Source of the DNA: a bacterium | GTDB lineage: Bacteria; Margulisbacteria; Marinamargulisbacteria; JABGVJ01 | Assembly (NCBI GenBank): GCA_018646105.1 | Contig: JABGVJ010000109.1 | Location: forward strand, 5,123-69,122 | Direction: 5' to 3' | Length of the DNA stretch: 64,000 bases | Shown: positions 51,800 to 61,900 of the stretch, in pieces | Numbering within the stretch: position 1 is the first letter of the stretch | Layout: each line of letters begins with the position of its first letter | Position numbers and translations under genes: made by a program | Notes under the pieces: generated by a model | The model's database searches: none | Told to the model about the DNA's origin: nothing | Seen by the model: only the letters and a program-made list of their open reading frames with translations

Positions 51800-52277
51800 C
51801 TTCTCTTTTGCGACGAATATAGCCAATTGTAGCTATATCATCTAGAGATTTGGTTTGTTCTTTGGCTAAAACTTTTTTCCAGACTTCTTTTTTATTTTCT
51901 TTGTCTTTTTCAATTATTTTTTCATTCTTAACTGCTGCCACTAATTTTACTCTTTGGTCGTCACGTTTTTCTTCAGCTTCTTCTCGGATTTTTTCCTGCC
52001 CATCCACCTTTTCTTTTAATAATTCTAGATGTGATTTACGAAGTAAAACATGTTGAAAGTTTTCAATGGTAGATCCGGCTTCCATCATTTCACGTAACTC
52101 ATTGTATTTTTGTTTTTGGAAATCTTTTAGTTCTTCTTCTTTACGCTTTTCTTCTCTTAAACGGAGCTGTGCTTTATTAAACTGTTCCTCTTCTTGTTTT
52201 TTACGAATATTCCGCACTCTAAGTACGGAGTCCAAATTATACTCGAATTTTTTATTTTTGCGTTCTTGTTGCGACAT
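51771..52277 (-). CDS. fliJ: Flagellar/T3SS export chaperone-stalk protein FliJ (SctO-like)
   Basis: Coiled-coil 168 aa with FliJ N-terminal pattern (LDSVLRVRNIRKKQEEEQF...), directly downstream of fliI. Confidence 0.6.
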   Translation of the reverse strand: MSQQERKNKKFEYNLDSVLRVRNIRKKQEEEQFNKAQLRLREEKRKEEELKDFQKQKYNELREMMEAGSTIENFQHVLLRKSHLELLKEKVDGQEKIREEAEEKRDDQRVKLVAAVKNEKIIEKDKENKKEVWKKVLAKEQTKSLDDIATIGYIRRKREVIEDKGAAE

Positions 52278-52279
52278 AA

Positions 52280-53587
52280 TTAAGTTTCAAAAATATTAAT
52301 AAGTTCTTTAATAGTTTCGTCAAAAGGAACATTTTCATGGGTACCTTGAATCAAAAAAGTGTTGATGGCATCTATTTTTTCAATAGCATGATCTATTTTA
52401 GGGTTACTCCCTTGAACATACGCACCAATATTAATAAGATCTTCTGCTTCCCGATATTTAGCCAAAACCTCTCTTAATTTACCCGCTGCTTTTTTATGTT
52501 CATCAGAGCTTACGGACGGAAATAAACGACTTACACTATGGTTAATATCAATACAAGGATAATGATTTTTGGCTGCCAGATCGCGGCTTAAAACCATATG
52601 GCCGTCTAAAATACTTCTCGAAGTATCGGCAATAGGCTCGTCCATATCTCCACCTTCGACTAGTACAGTGTAAATAGCGGTAATAATGCCTTTTTCTGAG
52701 GTGCCCGCCCTTTCCATTAGACGAGGCAATAAAGCGAATACAGACGGGGTATAGCCCTTGGTGGTCGGCGGTTCTCCAGTAGCCAACCCTATTTCTCTTT
52801 GCGCCATAGCAAACCTGGTAACCGAATCCATCATAAACAAAACGTTTTTCCCTTGATCTCTAAAATATTCCGCTATGGCCGTACCAACTAAGGCGCCTTT
52901 CATTCTAATAAGCGGCGGCGTGTCTGAAGTAGCACATATCACAACGGATTTTTTCAAACCTTCTTCACCAAGTGATTCTTCAATAAAATCTTTAACTTCA
53001 CGACCTCTTTCCCCAATAAGACTAATAACATTAACATCTGCTTCACAGTTTCTGGCCAACATTCCCAAAAGAGTACTTTTACCAACGCCAGAACCGGCAA
53101 AAATACCTATTCTCTGCCCGCGTCCTAAAGTTAATAGCCCGTCAACAGCTTTTACGCCTGCCTTGAACACCTTGTTGATACGAGGCCGCATTACTGGATC
53201 TGGGGGTATTCTATCGACGCTATATTTTTCCTGATAAATAAGTTCGCCTTTTTGATCGATAGGCCGGCCAAGTCCGTCTAAAATCCTACCTAGCAAACCA
53301 TCTCCTACCTTCACCTGAATAGGATATCCTGTAGCTGATATTTTACTGCCTGGTTTAATGCCGCCTGTCGTACCTAAAGGCATCAACAATACTCGTCCTT
53401 CTTTAAAACCGACAACTTCTGCTTGAATATTATGCGTTTCGTCCAACTCTATATTACAAAGTTCGCCAACAGATACACCTTGAACCTGGGCCTCAACTAC
53501 CAGTCCCACTACTTTTACAACCTTACCAATAACTTGAACCAAATCAGCGTTGTCGATAGCGCGAAAATATCTATTGATATCGATCAT
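52280..53587 (-). CDS. fliI: Flagellum-/T3SS-specific export ATPase FliI (SctN family)
   Basis: Walker A GSGVGKSTLLG, Walker B, F1-ATPase beta-like fold. Confidence 0.85.
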   Translation of the reverse strand: MIDINRYFRAIDNADLVQVIGKVVKVVGLVVEAQVQGVSVGELCNIELDETHNIQAEVVGFKEGRVLLMPLGTTGGIKPGSKISATGYPIQVKVGDGLLGRILDGLGRPIDQKGELIYQEKYSVDRIPPDPVMRPRINKVFKAGVKAVDGLLTLGRGQRIGIFAGSGVGKSTLLGMLARNCEADVNVISLIGERGREVKDFIEESLGEEGLKKSVVICATSDTPPLIRMKGALVGTAIAEYFRDQGKNVLFMMDSVTRFAMAQREIGLATGEPPTTKGYTPSVFALLPRLMERAGTSEKGIITAIYTVLVEGGDMDEPIADTSRSILDGHMVLSRDLAAKNHYPCIDINHSVSRLFPSVSSDEHKKAAGKLREVLAKYREAEDLINIGAYVQGSNPKIDHAIEKIDAINTFLIQGTHENVPFDETIKELINIFET

Positions 53588-54447
53588 TGAGTAGTCTCGC
53601 TTTCGTGCTGCTCTTCTTCATATACTTGATAAATAGCTTTTTTAATACTATCTAGTTTAGCGGCAATGGTAGAATCTATATAACCTAAATTAGTTTCTAT
53701 AATACAACCACCTTGATCCACACGATAATCTTCTTGAATAATAAGATTTTTAATACCGCCCAGCTGTTTATCTATACGATCCCTATTAGCTTTTACAAAA
53801 TCCAAATCAGCTCTATTAACACGCACAATAACTCTGTCCTTATCCGTGATTTTACCTAAAGCTTCGGCTACGATATTAACGCAAACAGCCTGATTTAAGG
53901 AAATCTCACTTTTAATAATCTGTTCCGCAATTTTTAAAGATAAATTTAAAATTTCTCCTCTGGCCTTTTTTAAAATTTTATTTTTTTCAGAAACTGCTTC
54001 ACCAATGGTTTTTAGTAATTCCTGACTTTGAGAGGTATATTTTTCCGCGCCTTTTTTTTCAGCGGTCTGGGCTCCTTGCTGATAACCTTCTTGATACGCT
54101 TTATCTAAAATCTGTTTTTTTTCTATTTCTAGATCTTTAAGATATTGTTGTTTATAATCTTTTACTTCTTGTTCCATTTGCTTTTTGCTTGGAGCAGCGA
54201 CAACAGGCTCTGAAGCAGTAAAAATGGCAGAAGCGGGTTTTGAAGTTATTTTTGGCTGACGCTTGATTACTTTGGAATCTAGCTGGATTTTTTTCTTGAT
54301 ATTAGATATTCCTTTAATAACTGGTTTCGGGGCCTTTTTGTTTTCTTCTGTATCCTCCTCAAAAAAATAAGCCGTTGAACCCATAGTTTCTATGGCAGAC
54401 TGAGTCTTCGCTGGATGCTTTTTAATAATACCCATAATTTTCTCCAT
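53584..54447 (-). CDS. fliH: Export ATPase regulator FliH (SctL family)
   Basis: C-terminal GGCIIETNLGYIDSTI signature; overlaps fliI start by 4 nt. Confidence 0.65.
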   Translation of the reverse strand: MEKIMGIIKKHPAKTQSAIETMGSTAYFFEEDTEENKKAPKPVIKGISNIKKKIQLDSKVIKRQPKITSKPASAIFTASEPVVAAPSKKQMEQEVKDYKQQYLKDLEIEKKQILDKAYQEGYQQGAQTAEKKGAEKYTSQSQELLKTIGEAVSEKNKILKKARGEILNLSLKIAEQIIKSEISLNQAVCVNIVAEALGKITDKDRVIVRVNRADLDFVKANRDRIDKQLGGIKNLIIQEDYRVDQGGCIIETNLGYIDSTIAAKLDSIKKAIYQVYEEEQHESETTQ

Positions 54448-54523
54448 TGTTTGTTAAGTAATAATGGCTTTATAATAATATATTATAGGTTTTTTGTTAA
54501 CTAAGGAATAAAAATTAAAAACA

Positions 54524-55300
54524 ATGTTGCCATACCCAAATATTGATCCGGTATTTTTAAAAATAGGCCCTTTGGAATTTAGATGGTACGGCTTAATGTA
54601 TGTATTGGGCCTTACTCTCGGATTTTGGTATTTAAAAAATAAGTTAAAAACTTCTCTAAAATTAAACAATGACCTTATCTGGAATTTAATGTCTTATATC
54701 ACCATAGGCGTTATTCTCGGTGGGCGCCTGGGTTATGTTTTGTTTTACAACCTACCCTACTACTGGCAACATCCTTTAACTATCTTTGCGGTATGGGAAG
54801 GAGGGATGTCGTTTCACGGGGGCGGGTTGGGCTGTGTTTTGGCAATCCTTATTTTTAGTCTGGTTTATAAAACAAATTTTTATTTAGTCTTGGATTTTTT
54901 GGCACTAGGCTCAACTATAGGCATTGGACTGGGTCGTCTCGCAAATTTTATTAATGGGGAGCTCTATGGAAGAGTCACCAATTTACCTTGGGGCATGATA
55001 TTCCCTAATGGAGGGGAGCATATAAGACATCCATCCCAATTGTATGAAGCGTTTTTTGAAGGACTCGTTTTGTTTTTAATCCTAAATTTTCTTTTAAAAA
55101 AACAGATCTTAAAACCAGGTCAGCTTTTTGCCTGGTTTTTAATTAATTACGGAATTTTCCGCTTTTTCATTGAATTTCTAAGAGAGCCCGATTCTCAAAT
55201 AGGTTTGTTTTTTAATTTTCTGTCTATGGGACAACTATTGAGCGGTTTAATGATAGCCGGTGGTGGCCTGTTCTTTTTCTGGCGCAATAAAGGGCACTAA
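54524..55300 (+). CDS. lgt: Prolipoprotein diacylglyceryl transferase
   Basis: FRWYGLMYVLG, FHGGGLG signature. Confidence 0.85.
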   Translation: MLPYPNIDPVFLKIGPLEFRWYGLMYVLGLTLGFWYLKNKLKTSLKLNNDLIWNLMSYITIGVILGGRLGYVLFYNLPYYWQHPLTIFAVWEGGMSFHGGGLGCVLAILIFSLVYKTNFYLVLDFLALGSTIGIGLGRLANFINGELYGRVTNLPWGMIFPNGGEHIRHPSQLYEAFFEGLVLFLILNFLLKKQILKPGQLFAWFLINYGIFRFFIEFLREPDSQIGLFFNFLSMGQLLSGLMIAGGGLFFFWRNKGH

Positions 55301-55394
55301 CCCCAGGGCAAGCCTCTGGGTATTATTATACTTTAAACTTTCGTGTTTTTTAGTGTGTTATTATTTAAAAAAATGAAATTTTTTTGACCAAATA

Positions 55395-55418
55395 TACGAT
55401 AATTATATATAGAAAGAT
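55395..55418 (+). promoter_or_regulatory. Copy 8 of recurring upstream element (TACGATAATTATATATAGAAAGAT)
   Basis: Upstream of YD-repeat ORF; near-identical to copy 4. Confidence 0.45.
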
Positions 55419-55450
55419 AAAAAAAACATAAAATTTCAATACATAATCAT

Positions 55451-56386
55451 TTGTGTTTGTGGGAATATAGATTAATAGAGGCAAAAAAAACGCTAGCTCT
55501 AAGGAGGAAATTAATTGTGGGAGGCTTACAAAGTTTAGGAAAAAAATTTATTTATAGTGCTAGAGACTTAGGACTTAATGTTGGACATGGACAAAGAGAT
55601 GCTGCACTAGACTCGGGGCTCAGCTGCTTAAGACAAATGGAAACAAGAGGCGATTCGCCTCCTTATGACACGCTCAGGGAGAGCATAGCTACCATTGGCA
55701 CTAATTATCTGGGTGATTCGCCACAAAAACAAGTAAAATTTGAGGCTTTTATGTCGGGACTACGCGCTACGAGAAGCACGTTTGATTTCCCATCTAGGGA
55801 TGCTATGTTAAATTTTTTGGATTGTGTAGAGTTACAAGTAGCTACAGATGCTAAATTAACTTTAAGCAAAAAGATGTCAACGGCCAGGAGAACCGTACGC
55901 AATGCAACATACACTGAAATTGAAGACGGGCAGTTTGATGACAGAGGAAATCTTGTAGCTGGCACTAGAACCTTTGACCCTCATGGTCCAGACGGGTTAA
56001 AAAAAGCAACCCTTACACAGACCGAGGATGGGCTGGGGGGTATGATACGCAATACGACAAGCGACTATACTGATCGCAGCGATGGGCTGGTTAGAAAAAA
56101 ATCGATTGATGCTGGATCATTTGTGATAGAACACTACGAAGGTCGTATCGACGGGCTATGTACGAAAGAGACAAACTCTGAAGAAGTAACAACCGAATAC
56201 TATGATGCGACGCGTCGGGAAGATGGGCTGCTCAACAAAAAATACCAAAGAGATAATCCCGAAATATATGAACTAAAATATATTGATGGAAGTATCGAAA
56301 AGGTTGGACATAGCCAGACTGGAGATATAGAGAATATAGTAGCTATTGTTAAAAAGCAAGCCGAAGGGCCGATTACGGCTGCTTAG
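55451..56386 (+). CDS. Hypothetical protein with degenerate YD/Rhs-like repeats; probable true start GTG 55517 (AAGGAGG SD)
   Basis: Repeated Y-x-D-x-x-DGL units (YTDRSDGLV, YEGRIDGLC, YYDATRREDGLL, KYIDGSIEKV); ~43% GC. Confidence 0.45.
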   Translation: MCLWEYRLIEAKKTLALRRKLIVGGLQSLGKKFIYSARDLGLNVGHGQRDAALDSGLSCLRQMETRGDSPPYDTLRESIATIGTNYLGDSPQKQVKFEAFMSGLRATRSTFDFPSRDAMLNFLDCVELQVATDAKLTLSKKMSTARRTVRNATYTEIEDGQFDDRGNLVAGTRTFDPHGPDGLKKATLTQTEDGLGGMIRNTTSDYTDRSDGLVRKKSIDAGSFVIEHYEGRIDGLCTKETNSEEVTTEYYDATRREDGLLNKKYQRDNPEIYELKYIDGSIEKVGHSQTGDIENIVAIVKKQAEGPITAA

Positions 56387-56591
56387 GACAAGAACTACAC
56401 GGTGAGGATGAGTTTTTGCTGTCATTGCTATAAAAACCTGACCCTTTAAAGGCAATACCTACATTTTTACTAATCAGACGAAAAACTTCGCCTTTGCATT
56501 TAGGGCATTTTTTCAAAGGAGGATCTACCATTCTCTGCTCTTTTTCAAAACGAGTTCCGCATTTTTTGCATTTATATTCGTATGTTGGCAT
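56373..56591 (-). CDS. FmdB-family zinc-ribbon protein
   Basis: MPTYEYKCKKCG...CPKCKG CxxC...CxxC. Confidence 0.7.
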   Translation of the reverse strand: MPTYEYKCKKCGTRFEKEQRMVDPPLKKCPKCKGEVFRLISKNVGIAFKGSGFYSNDSKNSSSPCSSCPKQP

Positions 56592-56610
56592 ATTTATTTC
56601 TCACTTAAAA

Positions 56611-59391
56611 TTAATTTGTATTAGTAAATTTCCCCAGTTTACCAATTAATTGATCGATATTTTTCCAGCTTTGACCTAAATCCAGCCAGTTGCTTTTTTT
56701 AGCGGCTCCTTTAAGCTGTTGATATTCATTAATAAGTTTATGCAATATTTTTTTCAACGCTGGGTTTGTGTCCTTAGCGGTGCTACCTGGGGAAGGCGAA
56801 TAAGATTGTTTTTGATCTGATTGGTAGTTGCTAAAAACACTTTGGATAGACTGGCTTAAATTTTCCCGCATGACAATATCATCGTTATAGGCAAAAATGA
56901 CTCTTTTAAGTTCAGGCAATTTGCTAACTGTAGCCTGCAAATAAACCGGTTCTATATAAATCAAAGATTCTTCAATCGGAATTACCATGAGATTGCCACG
57001 AATAACCCGCGAACCAACTTGCCCCCAGAGCGTTAGTTTTTGCGATATGTCCGTATTTTGATCGATGCGCGACTCTATTTGCATTGGACCATAAATAGTG
57101 CGGTCTTTAGGAAACCGGTATGCTAACAGACGGCCATATTCATCCGGATCACATTTTGCGCTCATCCAAGCAATCATATTGCTTTTTTTGGTAGGAGTTA
57201 AAGGCAACATCAAAATAAAACTTTCTTGTTTGGTTTGAGGTAATCTAGTAACCATATAATATGGTTCCATCAATTTTTCTTTTTCATCATAGGTTTCATA
57301 AGGGATTTCCCACAAATCTTCTTTGTTATAAAAAACTTGGGGATCAGTCATATGATAAGTACTGTACATAGCTACTTGAACTGAAAACAAATCTTTAGGG
57401 TAGCGAATATGCTGCTTAATATCTTGAGGCATCGCACTCAAAGGTTTAAACAAATTTTGATAAATTTTAGCATATGCGGCAATTATCGGGTCTTGCTCGT
57501 CAGCAATGTAAAAATTTGTGCTGCCGTTATAGGCATCAATAACTATTTTAACGGAGTTTCTTATATAATTAATATGCGTACCTTTGTATGGTTCTGAATA
57601 GGGGTACATAGACGAAGATGTATAGGCGTCTAGCATCCATACGAAACGTCCCTTTTCGGTAATTACCAAATAAGGATCTCTATCATAAATCAAAAACGGG
57701 GCGATTTGTTGTGCTATATAGCGAATATCGCGATCATATAAAACACGAGTTTGTGGCGTAATAAGTGAACTAATAAGAATTTTCATATCAGAAAATTTCA
57801 GAGCATAGATTAATCTTTTCCAAATACTGTTTAAGGCAATTCCGCCCTGTCCTTGATATTGAGTGTACTCATTAGTTTCACCTTTTGGATAGTTAAACTC
57901 ATCTTGTTTAGTATTAACCAAAATATAATCTATGGTTTTTTCACCAAAATAAATTTCCGGACGCGTAATATTTAATCCTACCGAACTTTTAGGTGGGAAA
58001 TCTTTTAAATAAAAATAAGGTAAGCCCTCTGTGGTGACCTCGTTTACGGGAGACATAACCGCTCCATAACCATGGGTGTAAACTAAATGCTTATTTACCC
58101 AGCTTTGAGCGCGTGCCGGCAAGGCTGCGGTTTCTAGCTCTCTGGCAGAGAGCATTACTTGCTGCATATGATTGTTAATCATATAACGATCAACATCAAT
58201 ATTAACAAACTCATAATACGGTCTGATTTCTTGTAATTGGATGAAAGTTTGTTTTAAAGGTTCTTGATTCCATAAACGGACATTATTAATAGTATTGGCA
58301 TTAGCTTCAATATCTTTCGTGGTTAGATTGTATTTTACCGGATATTCTTGAACCGCTATTTTATCTAAACCAAACGCTTGTCTGGTATAACTGATATTAT
58401 GTTCAATATAGGGCTTTTCTTTACCTAGTTCATTAGGCGTTACAATATAATTTTGCATAAATGAAGGATAAAACTTACCGCCTAACAACCAAAAAAGCAT
58501 GATAAACCCCAAAAAATAAATAGGGGTTAAAAATTTTGTACGAAAAGCCCAAATTAATAATAAAACAGCCTCCACAATAAAAAGTATACATAAAACACTT
58601 AAAGCAAATTTTTGAGCGTTAATATCAGTATAACCAGCCCCAAAAATAATGCCTCGTTTTGAATAGAGCAAATTTTGAATACTTAGCCAAATTTTAAAAG
58701 CATTACTTAAACATAAAAGAGACAGCAAAATAAAAACATGTTTTTTAATTCCGGTATTTTTACTGTTAGCAAAAACAAAAAGAAGAATGTTTTGCAAAAA
58801 ATAGATCCAACAAACAATTAATAAACTCATGAAAGCTAAACCGGACAATATAAATTGAATTTTTTGAAAAAAAGGTAATGAAAAAACATAAAAACTAATA
58901 TCCCTAAAAAAAACAGGGTCTGTAATTTGAAACCCTACCTGGTTAAAATATAAATAAATTTGTTCCCACCAAGATTTAGCAAGTAGTCCAAAAATTAAAG
59001 CTATAAAAACAAGGCCTAGCTTAAACAAAATATCAAACGCTCGGGAAGAGACGGCTAAAGCTGTACTGTCTTCTCTGATCGCGGTTATTTTTTGAGCCCA
59101 CTGATTTAGAAATTGAAATGGAGGTTTAAAATAAACAAGTTCAGCTTGGGCTTTGATTTTTCTGGAAACACTTTTGGCGATTTTATAATTAGCATAAAGA
59201 AAAATAAAAGAAGCGATAAAAACAGTAAAAAAAGCGATAAATTTAGCTTTAAATACAAACAACCAAATATGCTGATAATTAAAAGAAGAATACCAAAGCA
59301 ATTGCGGATAAAATTTTAAAAGGAAATAAACTAGAAAAACAAAAAAAACAGTAATCAAAGCTATAAAAGAAAGCTTGAAGGAACGTATCAT
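56611..59391 (-). CDS. UPF0182 family large membrane protein
   Basis: 926 aa, N-terminal multi-TM region plus large extracytoplasmic domain; architecture of UPF0182. Confidence 0.6.
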   Translation of the reverse strand: MIRSFKLSFIALITVFFVFLVYFLLKFYPQLLWYSSFNYQHIWLFVFKAKFIAFFTVFIASFIFLYANYKIAKSVSRKIKAQAELVYFKPPFQFLNQWAQKITAIREDSTALAVSSRAFDILFKLGLVFIALIFGLLAKSWWEQIYLYFNQVGFQITDPVFFRDISFYVFSLPFFQKIQFILSGLAFMSLLIVCWIYFLQNILLFVFANSKNTGIKKHVFILLSLLCLSNAFKIWLSIQNLLYSKRGIIFGAGYTDINAQKFALSVLCILFIVEAVLLLIWAFRTKFLTPIYFLGFIMLFWLLGGKFYPSFMQNYIVTPNELGKEKPYIEHNISYTRQAFGLDKIAVQEYPVKYNLTTKDIEANANTINNVRLWNQEPLKQTFIQLQEIRPYYEFVNIDVDRYMINNHMQQVMLSARELETAALPARAQSWVNKHLVYTHGYGAVMSPVNEVTTEGLPYFYLKDFPPKSSVGLNITRPEIYFGEKTIDYILVNTKQDEFNYPKGETNEYTQYQGQGGIALNSIWKRLIYALKFSDMKILISSLITPQTRVLYDRDIRYIAQQIAPFLIYDRDPYLVITEKGRFVWMLDAYTSSSMYPYSEPYKGTHINYIRNSVKIVIDAYNGSTNFYIADEQDPIIAAYAKIYQNLFKPLSAMPQDIKQHIRYPKDLFSVQVAMYSTYHMTDPQVFYNKEDLWEIPYETYDEKEKLMEPYYMVTRLPQTKQESFILMLPLTPTKKSNMIAWMSAKCDPDEYGRLLAYRFPKDRTIYGPMQIESRIDQNTDISQKLTLWGQVGSRVIRGNLMVIPIEESLIYIEPVYLQATVSKLPELKRVIFAYNDDIVMRENLSQSIQSVFSNYQSDQKQSYSPSPGSTAKDTNPALKKILHKLINEYQQLKGAAKKSNWLDLGQSWKNIDQLIGKLGKFTNTN

Positions 59392-59413
59392 AGGATTCTC
59401 CCTTTAACAGATT

Positions 59414-59490
59414 TGGTAGCGGCGACTGGAATCGAACCAGTGACGCCACGGGTATGAGCCGTGTGCTCTAACCATCTGAGCTACGCCGCC
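59414..59490 (-). tRNA. tRNA with CAT anticodon (Met elongator or Ile-lysidine; not initiator-like), CCA encoded
   Basis: Manual fold: GGCGGCG acceptor (G1.U72), D-arm TAGCTCAGATGGTTAGAGC, anticodon loop CTCATAC, T-arm CTGGTTCGATTCCAG. Confidence 0.75.
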
Positions 59491-59503
59491 ATAGAGTAGA
59501 TTT

Positions 59504-59578
59504 TGGTCCAAGGGGTAGGAGTTGAACCTACGTAAAACGGTTTTACAGACCGCCGCATAACCCTTCTGCCACCCTTGG
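59504..59578 (-). tRNA. tRNA-Tyr (anticodon GTA); apparently class I (5-nt variable loop) with C1-G72
   Basis: Manual fold: CCAAGGG/CCCTTGG acceptor, anticodon stem GCGGT/ACCGT with loop CTGTAAA, T-arm GTAGGTTCAACTCCTAC, ACCA 3' end; total 75 nt. Confidence 0.6.
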
Positions 59579-59721
59579 AAAAAATATGATATAAGAGTAA
59601 ATTATATAGGGGTTAATTGTCAATGCTGCGCTTAGAATTAGCTAAGTTCCCGCTTGCGCAAAAAGCGGCGCCAAAGACTGACTGCTGAAATTAAAAATAT
59701 GTCATGTTATACTAAACGCTC

Positions 59722-60927
59722 ATGAGCTATAACTATCAACAAACCATAAAATGTTTACAAAACCGAGTTTATAGAAAAGGGATTAACTACAACTTAGATA
59801 ATTTATTAAACTTTTTAAAAACATTAGGATCCCCACAAAAAAAACTAAAAAATATTATCCATATTGCAGGCACCAATGGTAAAGGGTCCACACTCACTTT
59901 TATAGCATCTGCCTTAAAAGAGGCGGGATTTCGAGTCGGTACTTTTACTTCCCCTCACATTTTGGATTATACCGAAAGAATCGCGCTTAATTTTAAACCT
60001 ATCTCGAAAAATGATTTTTCAAAATTTTTTAACCAAATCAAAAATATACCGAGTTTTACGGTTTTATCAGAATTTGAAATTTTAACAATTATTTCTATCT
60101 TGTATTTTATAGAACAAAAACCGGATTTTATAATTTATGAGGTTGGGCTAGGCGGACGGCTGGATGCCACCAATATTTTCAGTCCCATCTTGACTATTAT
60201 AACTAAGATCGGGCTGGATCATCAGGAAATTTTAGGAAAAACTTTATTAGAAATCACTAAAGACAAGGCTGGTATTATTAAATCCGCCATACCTTTGATC
60301 ACGATAAAACAAGCGCCAAAAGTGTTATCTTGCCTTAAAAAGATAGCCCAACAAAATAACGTTCCTATGACGGTGGTAAAAAACCCAGGGACTATACCTA
60401 AAGGATATCTTTTGACAGGTTTGTTTCAGAAAGAAAATTTAGCGCTAGCCAAACAAGCAATACAAACTATAAAAGGAATAAAAGGTTCGCATATGCAATG
60501 TGTCAAACCTGAAGTTTGGGAAAACGGCTTTAAGAAAGCCTTTATTTGGGGTCGCTATTTAATGCTGGAAAAAAATAAACAAACTATGATCATAGATTCT
60601 GCGCACAATGCTTTGGGCATCAAAAAGTTGGTAGCGAGTTTAAAAAAAGATTATCCAGCACAAAAGCTGACCTTTTTGATTGGAATTAAATCCGATAAAG
60701 ATATTTCGTATATGCTGAACAAAATCAGGCTTGTCGCCACTAAGATTTATTATTGTGATTGGCAACCAGGTTTTTCTTATCCTTTTACAAAGGCTAAAAA
60801 AGCCACGAAACAAGTTGAATTAGAAGAAATAAGATTGGACCACATCTCGAAACTCCCGAAAGATACTCCTTTAGTAATAACCGGGTCTATTTATTTTATT
60901 TCGCATATAAAGCCTTATTTAGATTAA
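59722..60927 (+). CDS. folC: Folylpolyglutamate synthase / dihydrofolate synthase
   Basis: P-loop HIAGTNGKGS, Mur-ligase family organisation. Confidence 0.8.
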   Translation: MSYNYQQTIKCLQNRVYRKGINYNLDNLLNFLKTLGSPQKKLKNIIHIAGTNGKGSTLTFIASALKEAGFRVGTFTSPHILDYTERIALNFKPISKNDFSKFFNQIKNIPSFTVLSEFEILTIISILYFIEQKPDFIIYEVGLGGRLDATNIFSPILTIITKIGLDHQEILGKTLLEITKDKAGIIKSAIPLITIKQAPKVLSCLKKIAQQNNVPMTVVKNPGTIPKGYLLTGLFQKENLALAKQAIQTIKGIKGSHMQCVKPEVWENGFKKAFIWGRYLMLEKNKQTMIIDSAHNALGIKKLVASLKKDYPAQKLTFLIGIKSDKDISYMLNKIRLVATKIYYCDWQPGFSYPFTKAKKATKQVELEEIRLDHISKLPKDTPLVITGSIYFISHIKPYLD

Positions 60928-60973
60928 ACCGCTGCTGTTTAAAAAAAGGCCTAGGATATAAAATATTAATTAT

Positions 60974-61900
60974 TTATTTATCAGAAATCTGATAAATAAT
61001 ATATTTAGGATATATATTGGTCTTTTTTGCTTTGATTCCCTTTAAAATAATTTCACTTTTGTATTTCGTAGCTGTGAGCATCAACTTTTCAAATGGCTCA
61101 TCATAAATAATTTTATTGGGGGCGCCAACATCTTGAGTGCCCCTCTCAAAATTAAGTATATATTTTTCTGATAAATAAACAGCATTTTCAGAATCTATTT
61201 CTTGCTTTGCAATTTTTATAAAAAGTTTTATTTTATACGCATCATTGCTTTTAATGAATAAATAGTTTGTGAGTTTATCATTCTCTTCTATCTTGCTCAT
61301 AGGGAGCAACAACTCATTGGTAGCAAACGTAGCACTACAAATACTATTTGTCTTAAAAGTAAATTTTACTTCGATGGCATTAAGAAACTGATAATTTGAA
61401 AGATCACCAGAGTACAATAATATATTCACAGTATCGGTATATTCCCCTGGCAAGACCATTTGGCCTGGCTTAATACCTAAATAATATTTCCCAAGGTATG
61501 TCGAAGTATCAGGGTCTGGTGATTGCGTCAAAATAATTACATTTTCACTAATGGCAGAATCCGCCAACTCTTTTAAACCATCTGGGGAAAACTGGCTGTT
61601 ATACAAATTATATTCTAATAATTGGCTATTCTGTTCTGCTTTTCTGGGGTACGAATTTGAGTGTCCTTTGGAGATGGTGAAAAAAAAATCACTACCAGCT
61701 AAACTATCTGGTTCAATGCTAAATTCTATCTCTGCAATTTTTTCTTCTTCTAAAAAGGGATTGTAAATAAGTTCCTGATAATTTGACCAATGAACATCTC
61801 TGATAAGTATATTTGACACCATTTGTGCAGTGAGCATAACAGATAAATATACCAATAGAATACTTGTTAAAAAAAATACTTTTAGCCAGTTAGTTTTCAT
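60974..61900 (-). CDS. Hypothetical exported protein (signal peptide), co-transcribed with upstream 701-aa gene
   Basis: N-terminal hydrophobic signal; no recognisable catalytic motif. Confidence 0.4.
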   Translation of the reverse strand: MKTNWLKVFFLTSILLVYLSVMLTAQMVSNILIRDVHWSNYQELIYNPFLEEEKIAEIEFSIEPDSLAGSDFFFTISKGHSNSYPRKAEQNSQLLEYNLYNSQFSPDGLKELADSAISENVIILTQSPDPDTSTYLGKYYLGIKPGQMVLPGEYTDTVNILLYSGDLSNYQFLNAIEVKFTFKTNSICSATFATNELLLPMSKIEENDKLTNYLFIKSNDAYKIKLFIKIAKQEIDSENAVYLSEKYILNFERGTQDVGAPNKIIYDEPFEKLMLTATKYKSEIILKGIKAKKTNIYPKYIIYQISDK

